Source: Phoronis australis (lineage: Eukaryota; Animalia; Phoronida). From it: DNA of 64,000 nucleotides. Location of the stretch: assembly GCA_002633005.1 (NCBI GenBank), contig NMRA01000467.1:26775-90774 (forward strand), given 5' to 3'. The notes under the pieces are model-generated. The model did no database searches. It worked only from the letters and a program-made list of their open reading frames with translations, and was not told the DNA's origin. This document shows positions 25,112-37,520 of this stretch, in pieces (within the stretch, counting starts at the first letter, position 1; each line of letters opens with the position of its first letter). Position numbers and translations under genes: made by a program.

Positions 25112-28052
25112 ATCATTTAACTCGATCATAGACCGGGATCCCAGAGCTTTTTTGGGCATGAAAAGGTAACCAATTTTTTTTGGTGCCACAGTGCTCTATG
25201 GGTATCCTGATGCTTGGAAATGGCCGTCTGGCAGGTTCGCTCTGGTGGGTGTGGTCAGGGGAGCCAAGAGAATTACACTCAAAAATTGAGCTAGATCAAC
25301 TTTTCTGGTAACCACTTAAAACTGCCTTCAATACCTGCTACGTCATCCATTGTATCAAAATTGGTCACTGCCAGACAATTTCAGTGGTGGGGAGTACCCG
25401 CCAGACGAACATATACAAGGTGCAAAAACTGAGCAAGATCTGGTCAGGGTTTTCTCTTTGTAAGAATACACGGTAGTTAAATATATCTGGTTTTTGAGCA
25501 ACGGCGGAGGACTGCCTATTGTCACAATAGGCAGTCCTCCGAACTTACCGTCGGCGTCCACTGAGTTCAAAAGAATGGAAACGCACACGCGCAATCCCAC
25601 TCTCAAAGTGAACACTGGATAAACAAGATATTTGACGATAACTTTCGATTCCAAATTTGATAATGCCTGTACTTTACCGTACTATGCTTGCAAGTCGATA
25701 TTAAAGCAGTCAAACCGCACTACTTTTTGGCCGGAGCTCTAGTCTCGCTGCTATACATGTATATAGCCTAGCTTCCTATAGACATTTACTTCTAGACTCC
25801 CTTGTTGCGCTATGTTGTAGCTGTCATGCGTGTTCAGTGCCGATGAACAACATTAAGCCTCATCTAATCGTCTGCACGATCCTGTCATCCACGAAAACAC
25901 AATTAGGGCGAAGTCGGTCGAGTACGGCCTGCTGATTACGTGAAGCGTTTTGAATCAGAAGCAAATTCAAAATTGTACTAATTTAGTTATCATTGTAGTT
26001 AGTTGCACCAGTAGCTGGAACATTTTTGTTGTTTTTGTCCATCTGTGTCCTTATCTTTAGGGGATAGGCCGGGCCTGGACCTTCGGGGGGAGGGGGGCTC
26101 GATGAAGCCCCCGACCCCCACCCTCTGACTACGGGCCTGAACAACTCCTTTTGAACACAAAGAACAGTACCTTTCTGCCAAGTTACTTCGTAAGTGTACA
26201 CTTGATGGTCGAAACTGCACAGAGTACGAAGGAATGTCTGTGAAAATGTCCAACGTATTTCAATCAAATATAACATCAGTAACATGACAGTACTTTCATT
26301 GAATCTGTTGAGACAGCTAGGAAAAGGAAAAAAGCATGATGAGAACTAGCTTTTTCGAGAACTCGGTATTTGTTTAATATTTGCAACATTCCATAATTCT
26401 ATTGTAAGCTGTTATTAGGACACGAGTACTCAGTGCGGAAGTTGAATCATTATGTGATGTGTAAGAAGCCTTGCGTATTAAACCCTTACTCAGGTGCCAC
26501 GCTGAGCCCAGTCTGGTCTAAGCAGAGTACATCATCTTCATTCTCTTGCTCAATATGCCGCAGGTTGTCATATAAAGCGTATAGAAATCATAATGAACAT
26601 TTATCCGCAGATGTCCCAGACCAAGCTGCTCTGAGATCCACTACAGCATTTAAACTGAACATTTTGTCATTTATTTCGCCAAAGAATACAACAAACAATA
26701 AAGAACGAATATTAAAAAATCTTCACGCAACCGACTGTAAATATCTCGAAATCTCGCATGGCAGATGTAATTTATTTGCAGTTCCCATCTACTATCTTCG
26801 TTGTTGTATTTTGATATCTTCTGGCCTGGAGCAATCGCTTCTGTTTTCAATGTATTATTTTCAAATAACGTCTGCATAGTTTCGTGGCAAAGCAAACAGA
26901 GATAGCAAACCATAATCACTGAAGCTCTGTATACATCACGCACGTTTTACTTTATCTGAAAAGATATGAGCAAAAGCCAGAGGAGAATGGCTCTTTGTGT
27001 TTACGCCGCAGCGTAGCCCAACTTAAGGTGTACTTGCACACTTTCAAACATTTTACGTTACATAGGACTTTATCCACATGTCAGTGTACCTACAAAACTA
27101 TAGAGTTTAGCTCTGTAAAAGTAAGTAGTTTTTGAAATCGGAAAGCCTGTAGAATTTGATTTTTTACTTAAACACTCTTGTCGTTGATTGCGGGGTCACA
27201 AGTTTGTAGGCCTCAATACTCACAACGTCACCAAGTGATGTGATGTCATAAACAGAGTGTACACTGAGCTCATCTGCAGAGAACAGGAAGTTATTACTGA
27301 GTCATGGTTTTTATGTATTCGATGGATACCGGGAATTTAGGAGAACAACTCGAATCAATGTTGGTATTTCTTCATTTTAGGATAGTTTTGAAATATTTGT
27401 GAAATATTTGGAATTGACAGTAGATAAGATTTTTCTATTGAATTTTCAGTTTTAAATTTTTCAACAAACACGACTTATCATTTTAGTAAACAAAATTCAC
27501 TTTGACAAAATTTGGCAGTCTTACCAAGGCCTAATTGACGTACACCTATTCAATGTTTCAGCGATTTACTGTTAGGGAATACAAAGACACGGCTTTGGAT
27601 TTTGCATATGTTTTGTTTCGATGAATGCAAGAAATTATGTTTTATAGTTTTTAGCCGTCTGATGGGGGTAAACTTGGGTCCATTCACTTAAAACCTAGAA
27701 GAATTTATGAAAATATTGCAATGAATGTCATGGACGATTGCTTTCGTGGTAGTTTCATTGTGGGTTTTCCTATGGAGATGCCTCACAAGACATGAATAAC
27801 TTGTCATTTAAATACAGAGTGAACGTGCATAGCATACTGAAGATATACACAACACAGTTTCGAAGAAGAAAGCACGTTCGCGATCAAAAATCAACTTCTA
27901 GTCAGTGGTCGCTAAACGTACGTGAACGTTTGGCGAAATAAGTTTGCCTCAGTATACTGAAGAATTTGCGTCGCTAAATTGGTGCGTCGTCGGTAATGTC
28001 TTGGCCTCTGAATCCTACAGTTGGCCTATGTCACCGATTAATGCCGGTAGTT

Positions 28053-28204
28053 CATGGGCGGCGCAGCACAGAAAAAAGTGGGGGACTATGGCCCCCAGCA
28101 CTCTTGTGGTACACCGCGGCCCATAGACCATGGGATGCCGGAGCCGACTGAAAAAAAGTGGGGGCTATAGCCCCCAGCCCCCTATTTGTGCACGGCCGCC
28201 CATG
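28053..28204. mobile_element. 152-bp MITE with 5-bp TSD
   Basis: TIRs CATGGGCGGC / GCCGCCCATG; TAGTT duplicated on both sides. Confidence 0.75.
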
Positions 28205-28367
28205 TAGTTCCGTGGCTCTGCGCCTCGCAACTCGTGTTGAGTTCTCCTCCCCAATCCTACCTATCCCGGGTGATATGCAGTGTTGACTTTCACTGTAATT
28301 CCTTGTCTAAAAGTCCAACAAATACAAGTTACTTAAGTTAGATTTTTGGACATACAGTTTCACTTAC

Positions 28368-28412
28368 CATAACAAAATACTTTGGGGCTTCGTTTACCAG
28401 CCGACTTGCCAT
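28368..28412 (-). CDS. CYBB: NADPH oxidase coding exon 1
   Basis: 45 bp MASRLVNEAPKYFVM|gtaagt; same length and VNE motif as the first coding exon of CYBB; joins exon 2 in phase 0 across a 16.9-kb intron. Confidence 0.88.
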
Positions 28413-28709
28413 TTCAAAGGCGACAGTGAAACTTACGTTGGCCTAAATAAACCCTTGCACACCTCACCGGATTCTGTGCCGCTATGCAGTATTACGCATG
28501 ACTCAGTATTGTCTGAGGAACTTGTATAAACGGTGTTCTCTTACATTCCTTTTACAAAGTACACAACACGCTCGCTGTCTTACAATGCTCAGGCATCCGC
28601 TGTCTCGCTGAGAAGGCGCGATAGTTTGACAGAAGTAGGCAGATAGTAGCCACAGAGGTTATCCAGCCAGCAGACATCAAGTTGTTTTTAGCCCTTGCTG
28701 AAATAACTG

Positions 28710-28736
28710 ATAATGAAAATAATAATGACAGTGTTC

Positions 28737-28774
<38 letters not shown>

Positions 28775-29100
28775 AATAATAATAATAATGATAATAACAA
28801 TATTGGTAATAGTGACAAATTTTGGTCACAGGATTTATTGCACTGAGTGTATTAGTCACCGGCTACAGCTAGTCAGTTACAACTTGGTCCTCTCATACAA
28901 AAGACACATGTTTCACTGACGTGGGCACAAACAATACCAAGTGAAGAGTACAAAGCAATCAGCTATGCGGGCCCCATGGACTCAGAGCAGCTAGGGGACC
29001 TCTATTCAATGGTCTAGCAGTGTGGGTCTTTTGGGATTTGAACCAGTGCGTGGTCGTCGGAGGCAGGAACCCTACCAATGGATATGCGTTGGATAACAGT
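28710..29100 (-). mobile_element. Probable tRNA-derived SINE with (ATT)n microsatellite tail
   Basis: B-box-like GGTTCAAATCCC on the - strand near 29033-29045; body ends in an (ATA)n tract at 28710-28805. Confidence 0.55.
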
Positions 29101-30359
29101 GGGAAACTTATTGGACTACCCTCACTATTCAATAAATCGATGTTGTCTGTGATGTGCCTTTTCGTTCAGAAGATCGGGATGGGCTAACATCGCAGATCAT
29201 GTTCATTACGGCGTTTTCCCTTGCTCAAAATTTGTTCGATTCTATAGCCTAACAACAAGTAACCAATATCTTACACGACTGAATTAATTCCATTCTGGCA
29301 TTCATGCTGGTTGGAGGGCCAGTTCTCTTTTGTTCGATACGGCTCTAATATCTTCAAAAAGATCGTATCTAGTCTGACTGGCCGGGCTGTGCTGTTAAAA
29401 ATAAAAGTTAGGTTATAACATATTTGAACATAACCCAAAAGCATTTCTGAAATCCTCGTCTAATGGTGATCATGTTTAATTTTGAATTGCCAAAATAACC
29501 GATAACTTTCTTTCTGAATGTACCAATTCGCTCTGGGTTTGATGGTGTTCACACGTGGCCTCAGTGTCATAATGAGCCTGGTAGATAATTGGCCTGCCTG
29601 TTGCCATAACAGACAAAAGACTTTGCTAGGCAGTTAACAAAGAAGCTAGATGTTATCACATGCTGAGAACCCCCTTCCGGCACGGCGTCCGAAGTCTGGT
29701 AAGTCACTGATCGGTAAAACGCTGTCATGTTTATTGGATCCTAGAATAAAAAAGGAATTTCTGTTAAGGAAATACTTCTTGAAAATAATTTCATGGTGTG
29801 CGATTCTCTGTATTCTATTTGAAATGAGTGAACGTAAAGACTCAATTTTTCATCAGGGCACTTCAACCACACAGGCCAACTCAAGGCCTTCTGTGACCGT
29901 AGACGTCAACCTAAGAAAAGATTCTAAAGCCTAGCTATGTCATTTAATGCGGCTGTTTCGGGCATGTTCTTATTATTATTCCTGGAAGATTTGTTAAAAT
30001 GCTATTGTTGTCAGCTTTGGCTATCTTACAGTCAGTGAGCACCACTGGCACGCAAATGAATACGTGTAGGCCGCCTAGTATGACAAAGTGGTTGTCACGG
30101 TGTCGTAAACATAGGTTTGAAGCTTATCAGCAGTCCGACTCTCTGCTAAAGTAAACAGTTAAGTGAACGGCCAGTTTCTTACTCCATGCGCAAATGAAAC
30201 TGTTTTCAGCTAATTATATAGCTGGATCATGATTTTGCCTTTTATTTGTTTATTCACCCACTCTGAGAGCACAACGCAAATGTTTCATGCTACCCGATAG
30301 ATGGCAGCCCAAGTACATCTGCCTCCCATTCAGTAACGCTAGGGCCTCACTAAAAAGCA

Positions 30360-30500
30360 AGACTTCGCGAGATTACGTGATATATAGCTGTTTATTTTGA
30401 AAGAAATCACGTGACTTTGGCGAGATTTTAGCTAGGTCCTAGCGTTACTTAACCCACGCCTGGTTGCGTCTTATGTAACTTTTACCGGTCATGTGAACGT
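30360..30500 (+). promoter_or_regulatory. Candidate proximal promoter motifs of PRXL2B
   Basis: TCGCGAGA (30365-30372), E-box TCACGTGAC (30407-30415) and GTCATGTGA (~30488), all within 200 bp of the ATG; motif match only. Confidence 0.35.
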
Positions 30501-30551
30501 TTGAGAAGGTCGCACACAAAGGAGATCGGGCCAACGCAAAAAGGGGATAGG

Positions 30552-30608
30552 ATGCCGGACCTTGCGAAACTAGGAAAAAATCTCTTGAAGTGTGTCGCTA
30601 CTGGGGAG
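30552..30608 (+). CDS. PRXL2B: PRXL2B/FAM213B (SelU-family selenoprotein) coding exon 1
   Basis: 57 bp MPDLAKLGKNLLKCVATGE|gtaaat resembles the vertebrate N-terminus DLARVG..LK..VTGE; phase 0. Confidence 0.88.
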
Positions 30609-30732
30609 GTAAATTGTTCAACTAACTGTGGCGCTGTTAACGTTATTCTCGCCTCGACAGTCATAGATAGCCTTGGGCTTGGACCTAAAGCTGTATATTA
30701 AACAACATGTATCTATATAGTCGTCCCAATTG

Positions 30733-33700
30733 GGTGTAGCGGTCCCATTTGAAACCACCATAACTTCCTTAATTTTAACCTAGAATCATGGTTTTAGCAT
30801 CCACGTGTTCACAAGACGTATAGAAATTTTCTGTAGTGTTACGTTTACTATATCTTGTCTACTTTTTTAATTAATTTACTTCAAAGTTAAAGGCTTTTTG
30901 CCGACTTGATCGCCAGTTAGCCGATAAGTGACGTCAACGGGATGTCTGACACCTACCGGCGATTGTGTCTATCCATTTACAAGGTAAGGAAAGTTCGTTG
31001 GTTCCCTGCCTGCCACAAGCATACAGGGGCGGTAGCACATCCCCACAAAAAGTTACTCATTTCAAAATACAGCAAATAAAATCAAATGAACCATATATAT
31101 GGGAACATGGGGTTATAATTAACACATACCATGCCTCTGGATACAACAATTTAGTCAGGAAAACTTGAACAAATTGATTAAAATCTGTAGCGGTTTGCTC
31201 GAGTTTTTCTTACCAGATGCCATTTTGAGGAAGTTACGTGAAATCATGCTGGTTGTTGAAGAAAAAGGCTAAGGGACACAAATCTTACAAATTTCACCCG
31301 ATACCTTCTCCTGCTTGCAAGTGTCATGCGCTGGCATCACGCGCTTCGCTCAGTCTCGCGCTAGCCTTTCCCTAACTCACGTGACTCCGAGTTGATATAC
31401 TTTGTGGTTATCACGCGCGGTGAAAAAGTTAACGGCAACTAAAAAAGTGGAGTTGCAATTCTTCGCCAAAGTCAACTTAATTCTCACAGCTATTAAGCTT
31501 CATCGAAGATATAGATGAGGTCAATTCCATTTGTGATGGATGTACAATCACAGAACATTTTGATCAATTGTGAAAAAAATGTTCGTCCTTGGAAAATAAT
31601 TAATACATCACTTGATAGGTCTCACTGATAGCTTTCAAAGCATGTATCAACTTTTCCCCTATCTTTTAATGTGACTGAGAAAATTGCCTTTAATGGGGTA
31701 TGATGGACGTACGCAGGGAATTCGATTTTTTTTAAATTTAACGTTAATTTTCTGTGAGTTGCATTAAGTTACAATTTTTTGTTTTATATGATGATATAGT
31801 TGAATGTTTGTAAAGTATGCAACACTAATTTTTTTGATGATATCTTTCAAGAAATTTTTGTCAGACATCTCTATATAAGTTGAGTTAGTGTGACGGACGT
31901 ATGTGATGTACGTACCGTCTGAATTTTTAGTATTGAATTGTTTGTTGTGACCAAGATATCAACTTAAAGGAGCATGCCACCCAAAAAACAACCTAATTTG
32001 TATCAATTCAGATCGAGTAGTTCTACTCCACAACGACACGTACGGTTGCGTTACCTGACACCTGACGGCAGACGGAGGTGTTGAAATTATCTAATGACGT
32101 CATCGGTTTCACACGCAGTCTGCTCAGCAGTTCACAACACTGGTTACTGGTGTCAGCTTATCCCTTGAAGTCATCATTTAACACCAATAAATCATCAAAC
32201 TTCGATGTAAAACCCTTAAAATACACCGAGTTCTTATAAAAACATGTTGTTTTATTTCGCTCTTACGGATTTATTGGTATTTGGGCACATCATAGCCTAC
32301 AAAGTTCGGCAGGCCAATCGGGTCTGTAGCAGGAGTTTGGGGTCTGTTTGGAGATAATTTCGAAGTATTTTCCGTGAGATACAGACATGAGAACCTAGAT
32401 CTGTGTTGTTTTAGACTTCCGATTTTTTGAGTTCTAAACACAAAACACTTGTGAGCCTGGCCAGTGGCTAGGAGCCCGATCAGGCCCGTCGCGGCCGGCC
32501 GGATGGACTCGTTATCCCCGCCAGTGGCTCGGAAACAGACATCACGAACTTAAACCAGCAAAATTTCAGTGGAAACTAAACTTCCAGCCAAGAAAATACT
32601 ATATAAGTGAGCCAAAGTAATGTGCACCTGATTATGTTGGTGAATTAGCCACGAAACTGCAAATCTACTTACTCGTTGGGGATCGCGAATTCTTTCCGCT
32701 TTGGCCACAGCACCGTCAGGGCAGAAATTGTACATTAACAATCATTATTTGAGTAATGTTAATGTAAATAAAGATTCCCCTAAAACCTGGCCGTGGGATG
32801 GAGATCGAGTTGTTTCACAACAGTTTCTGCCAGCAAACACGAAATTAGCATGAGCTCACATGGCCTAGGTGTCCCGTCAATTAGTTTTATTGCACCTAAA
32901 GCCGGGTAATGCAGTGTTTTATTCATTGTTGGCTTTTCAAATCCTTTGCACTCACGAACACTCCAAAGGCATTACAAATTGCATCTAATGAGACAGACTT
33001 CGTTTCAGTTTTATTGGTTAGGGTGAGAATAATACATTTTGAAACAGAACGCTCAGTAATAAACGCCAACATGGCAACTCGCAATCCCGACTTAAGACGA
33101 GCTAAAGCTCTTCAGTCCCAAATTCGCAGGTTGGATCGTTAAGTTTTACAGGCTATCAATTCGAACAGGAATACAGTGATGAAGAAATACTAGAGAGGCT
33201 CCGTGAACAAGCTCAGACAACGGAACGTATGGAGTTATTTGGTAAGCCGGCATTCGTCAGGCGCTGGGACGTCTGCAGGCCACAGACACGGAGATGTTTC
33301 ATGACCTCATACTTGCTATTTACAGCGTACATTTCTTTCTTAACTACCATGAGCCACTTCCTAAGCATTTCGGACTCTCGAGGAAGTAAAAAAAAACGAT
33401 ATACCCGCTTTCCTCGCAGCTGCTTAGTTCGGACGAGCGGGAACGATGCACGGCAATATAGCGGTATTCACTTTGCATATGAACCACTGACGTCACTAGC
33501 ATGGTTTCTCACCTTCCTCACAGGTTAACGCGACACCTCTTGGCAAGGTAAGGTCGACGTATGTGAGGCGATGTGGATATAGACCGATTAAGACGGCAAA
33601 AAAGACTAATTAAATCAGGTGGCATTCTCCTTTAAAATGATTCAAGCTTTTGCAGTATTTAAGCTATATTTGTCTTTTGTTACTAATTCAATGTTTTTTT

Positions 33701-36700
33701 ACTTAAAATGTACCGATTGACCTTTCATACAAAATCATCACAGGTAGGCCTATGCTAGGAATATACTCTAGGATTTTAACTTTTCAATACTTTAAAATAA
33801 AGGTATAAGACAACCACCTAAAATCTTCGCCTCCCTTTGAAGATGGTAAGCCATTTTGGTGGAAATCATTTTGTATTTGACAACCACTAGTTACCTGTTT
33901 TTATGTGTTAAATAGAATACTAAATTCAAAACCAATAAGTAAATGTGACTGTCAAAATATAAAATCTGAAATAAAATTTTAAAACATTACTAACCACTGT
34001 CATAAAAACACATTTTTTTAAAATTAGAACTCGCCCTAAGCTAGCATAAAATTATTCTGTGGACCATGCTGTTGATGGTTCTGATGAATGACATGTAAGT
34101 AATAATCATGGTTTTTTTAAAAAGTATTAGTAACAGGACTTCAGTATCTTCTTAAAACAAAGTGTGTACCATGATTTAGTAGACAACATTTACTTTTGGC
34201 ATTCATATTCAAATCACCTGTGCTGTCTGTGGAAGCAAGACATTTTTTAATTACCGGGTAATTGCATTTAGGATTATGATTTAGGAATATGTAGAACTAA
34301 CTTATCAGGTGTTGGTTTCTATTTAGTGATTAGCGTGATTAAGTTTTCATCCAGCTCTTTATCTCATGCCTTCTTTCAAGTTTAAGGAGAGGCTGCTTTA
34401 AATAATGTCACATCACAGTACGCACAAGTACAATTATGACTTTCTTGATCCACGATGGCATTTTTTCGAGTTTCAAAGAACATTTGGGCAGGTATTTATT
34501 CTTCTCCCAGTTGCATCTGTTCTTTCGGTGGTCTCGAACAATTTCCTCTATCGTTTCTAAACACCGATTTAATCTCCTGGAAGCTCAGCAGAAAAAAAAT
34601 TAGTCTAATTCTTAAAAAAATTAAGGGATCCAAAATACGCTAGATGTGACAATGTAATCATTTGCTTTGAATCATTTCATGCAAGCCACGCAATGACCCA
34701 ATACACTGAAAAACACAAAAGGGTGAATACAATCAGTGGGGCTGTGACAAAAATGACCAATAAAATAGGTGAAAGGTTCCTACTGCTTAAAAATACCCAG
34801 TATACAATGAAGGCTTTTTCAACATGCAACACAGCATAGCAGGTCAGAGTAGAAATAAGAATCTGATGTTGAATCCAGTGCAGTAGCAACTTGAAATGAA
34901 TTCTTTTAGGTCTCTAGTTATTTATACTCTATAGCACCTTAGGAAATCTTTTGTATGAAGAATTTTGCATCTTGGATTTCCCAAAAGCTAAGCATTTCTT
35001 TACAAACACGGGGTAACAACAGATAAACAATAAATTCATTAAATTAGCATTTTGTTTTGTTTACATTTTATAATGTGGTCCAACTGTCTGATTTTAATGA
35101 GTTGTATAACTTTTCTGCAAATACTTTTGAAATTGAAAAATCCAATGCATTTAGTTTAAATCTGTAGCAACTTATTCACATAATTTTAAAGCTGCCTTTG
35201 TAATATTGCATTGTTTTAAATTTCTTAGGTTTATGATACATTTTAACTTCTGCAAGTTTAGAAAGTAAAAATATGTCCTAAGTTTATTTTTATTTGCTGA
35301 AAAATTGTTATTTCATGGGTGTGACGGACATACTTGATGGACGTACAAATTTACTGTACGTCTTTCATGCAATGTCTGACTTAACGAATTATCCCTGGGA
35401 TCTAAAATTTTGGTCAATAGTATTGAGTAACAAGTTAAAAGAGAATAAATTTAATTTTGATTGAAAACTTTTAATGTAACTAAATTTTTTAACACTTTTT
35501 GGGATGGACATACGGCACCATGATATCTAGGAGCTGACCTTTGACCCCAAGAGGTCGATGATGTGCAAAATCCCGGCCACTGGCGGACATTATGGACCAT
35601 GGTAGACAATAACCATCGTCATGCTGGCGCAGCAGAGAAGATGGTCATTGCGGGCATGTACATGCAATAAACAAATATGGCAAGATATGACAGTTTGGTC
35701 AGCAAAAAAGCAATGGTGCTTTTTGCACTGCCTATTGCTGCAGCAACGGTTAAATGAAAATTCACAACTTGCATTTTTTTTTGCTTCCCCACTGATTAAC
35801 ATAGATGGAGTTCATGATTGAAACAAAGGATGTTTTGCGCGAAACTGTCACCAGTCAGCCATGCAGTGATGGGCTGGGTGAAACTGTTCCCTGTATTTGA
35901 TCGCTTATGTAGAAAATTATTGTAGTTGCATGATTTTGTGAACTACTGATTAATTTATTCTATGCACACATGATGCTTCTATTAGAAGTAGTTAAACTAC
36001 TTTCTTTCATTTCTTTCTGCAGTCTTAAGACATTCATATCTAAAAGATAATTCAACAAAGTGTGACATAGACATACCGGTATATGTCAGAGATGCATGCA
36101 TCGCTCTTTGTGTAATTTTGACTGCAGTTCGAGGTGCACATTTGTTTTCTATAAAATAGGAGAACTAGTAAAACTAAAATGACAAGCGTCGGTACTAAAA
36201 TATATTAAAGTATCCCCACGTATCGAGCGATGCGCTCTTTCTCAAGGGTGTGCTACAGACTACTGAATACATGTCACAGGATAGATCTAAAATAAAATGG
36301 CACAGGGGGCCACATAGTGGCATACAATAAACGTGTGTTCATAGTGTTCACGTTTATTGTATGTCCTTTAAAATTGGTGGTCAAATCACTTCAAGGTAAG
36401 TAATTGGGAAAAGTACCCACTAAACACCAATTCAATACATTAAATTAAGTGCTGAATTTTTTATGTTAGGCCTTTATGGAAACATCTTCAAACTTTGCTG
36501 AAAAATCTGTAAATCTGGTGTCCAATTCCGATAATACACTGTGTGATAGCCATTATCATCAGTATGAACTACTTTAAAACTGGCATGGTCCTTGCATACT
36601 CATTTTTGAAGGTTTCAAGGAATAAATATCTAAAGGGAAAAACGTGACAGCTTTATCTGACTCTGGAAAAATTTTTGCTACCACTACAAACGATGGCCTG

Positions 36701-36965
36701 TTTCTTTACCCTGTAACTGGATACACACAATTGCTGGTAGGTGTCAGGTATCCCAATGTCGTCACTGAACAGTTAAATGACTGGTGATATAATGTCGGCA
36801 AAAAAACTAAGTTCAAAGTCAATTAATTAAAAAATTGAGTGAAGGCATGGCAAAACTAACACCACAGAACACTTTCTATATGTCTTGTGAACATGTGGAT
36901 GCTAAAACCATGATTCTAGGTTAAAAATTAAAGAAGTTATGGTGGTTTAAAGTGACACCGTTACT
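30733..36965. mobile_element. ~6.2-kb element bounded by long (~250 bp) terminal inverted repeats, with nested inserts
   Basis: 30733-30990 is the reverse complement of ~36700-36965 (e.g. AAACCACCATAACTT..TTAACCTAGAATCATGGTTTTAGCATCCAC); no intact ORF. Confidence 0.75.
31968..33631. mobile_element. Kolobok-type non-autonomous DNA transposon, copy 1
   Basis: TTAA|AGGAGCATGCCACC ... GGTGGCATTCTCCT|TTAA: TIR plus TTAA TSD. Confidence 0.8.
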
Positions 36966-37017
36966 TCAGACTCGTGCAAGTCCTTGTACAGCTAGGTGAC
37001 TGACTAGGGCCTGGATA

Positions 37018-37122
37018 GATCTGCAGACCTTTAGCCTTGCTAGACATGGGCTATTGCATAGCACTGTATGATCTGCAGACCTTTAGCCTTGCTAGACATG
37101 GGCTATTGCATAGCACTGTATG
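37018..37122. repeat. 52-bp direct tandem duplication
   Basis: GATCTGCAGACCTTTAGCCTTGCTAGACATGGGCTATTGCATAGCACTGTAT, two copies. Confidence 0.9.
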
Positions 37123-37444
37123 ATGGTGTTTTGTCACATGCTGCAGACTTTACTTTCAGCCATGATATTCAACCAGTTGGATGGCCATTTCATTCCACAC
37201 GTGGCCACTTTCTCTCTGCTGTACTTTCACTGCTCACTGCATTGGTAGTCAGACACCATGAAGCATAGGCTACTTCCAGATTTAATTTTGGTATTCTAGG
37301 TGTCAATACTATAGCAACTGTGATGGTAGTCCTTACAGTCTATGTCAGAACAAGAGTATCTACTATACCACGATATCAGCCTCGAATAGCCAATACAACC
37401 GTTCAAGAACCCATTCAGTTATTTAACGGCGTTAAATAATATTT

Positions 37445-37520
37445 TGGCGGGAAACTGAGGCCGGCTTCAAACCCGGTCCGCAAGAGTTTCGGTCCGTCGA
37501 CTTTACCACTTCACCACTCA
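37445..37520 (-). mobile_element. tRNA-derived repeat head (SINE-like), not a functional tRNA
   Basis: A-box-like TGGTGAAGTGG and B-box-like GGTTTGAAGCC on the - strand; a similar relic lies at ~14450-14517; no full cloverleaf. Confidence 0.45.

Noticed and set aside
28713-28919. 68-aa Ile-rich hydrophobic ORF
   Set aside because: It is a translation of the (ATA)n microsatellite.
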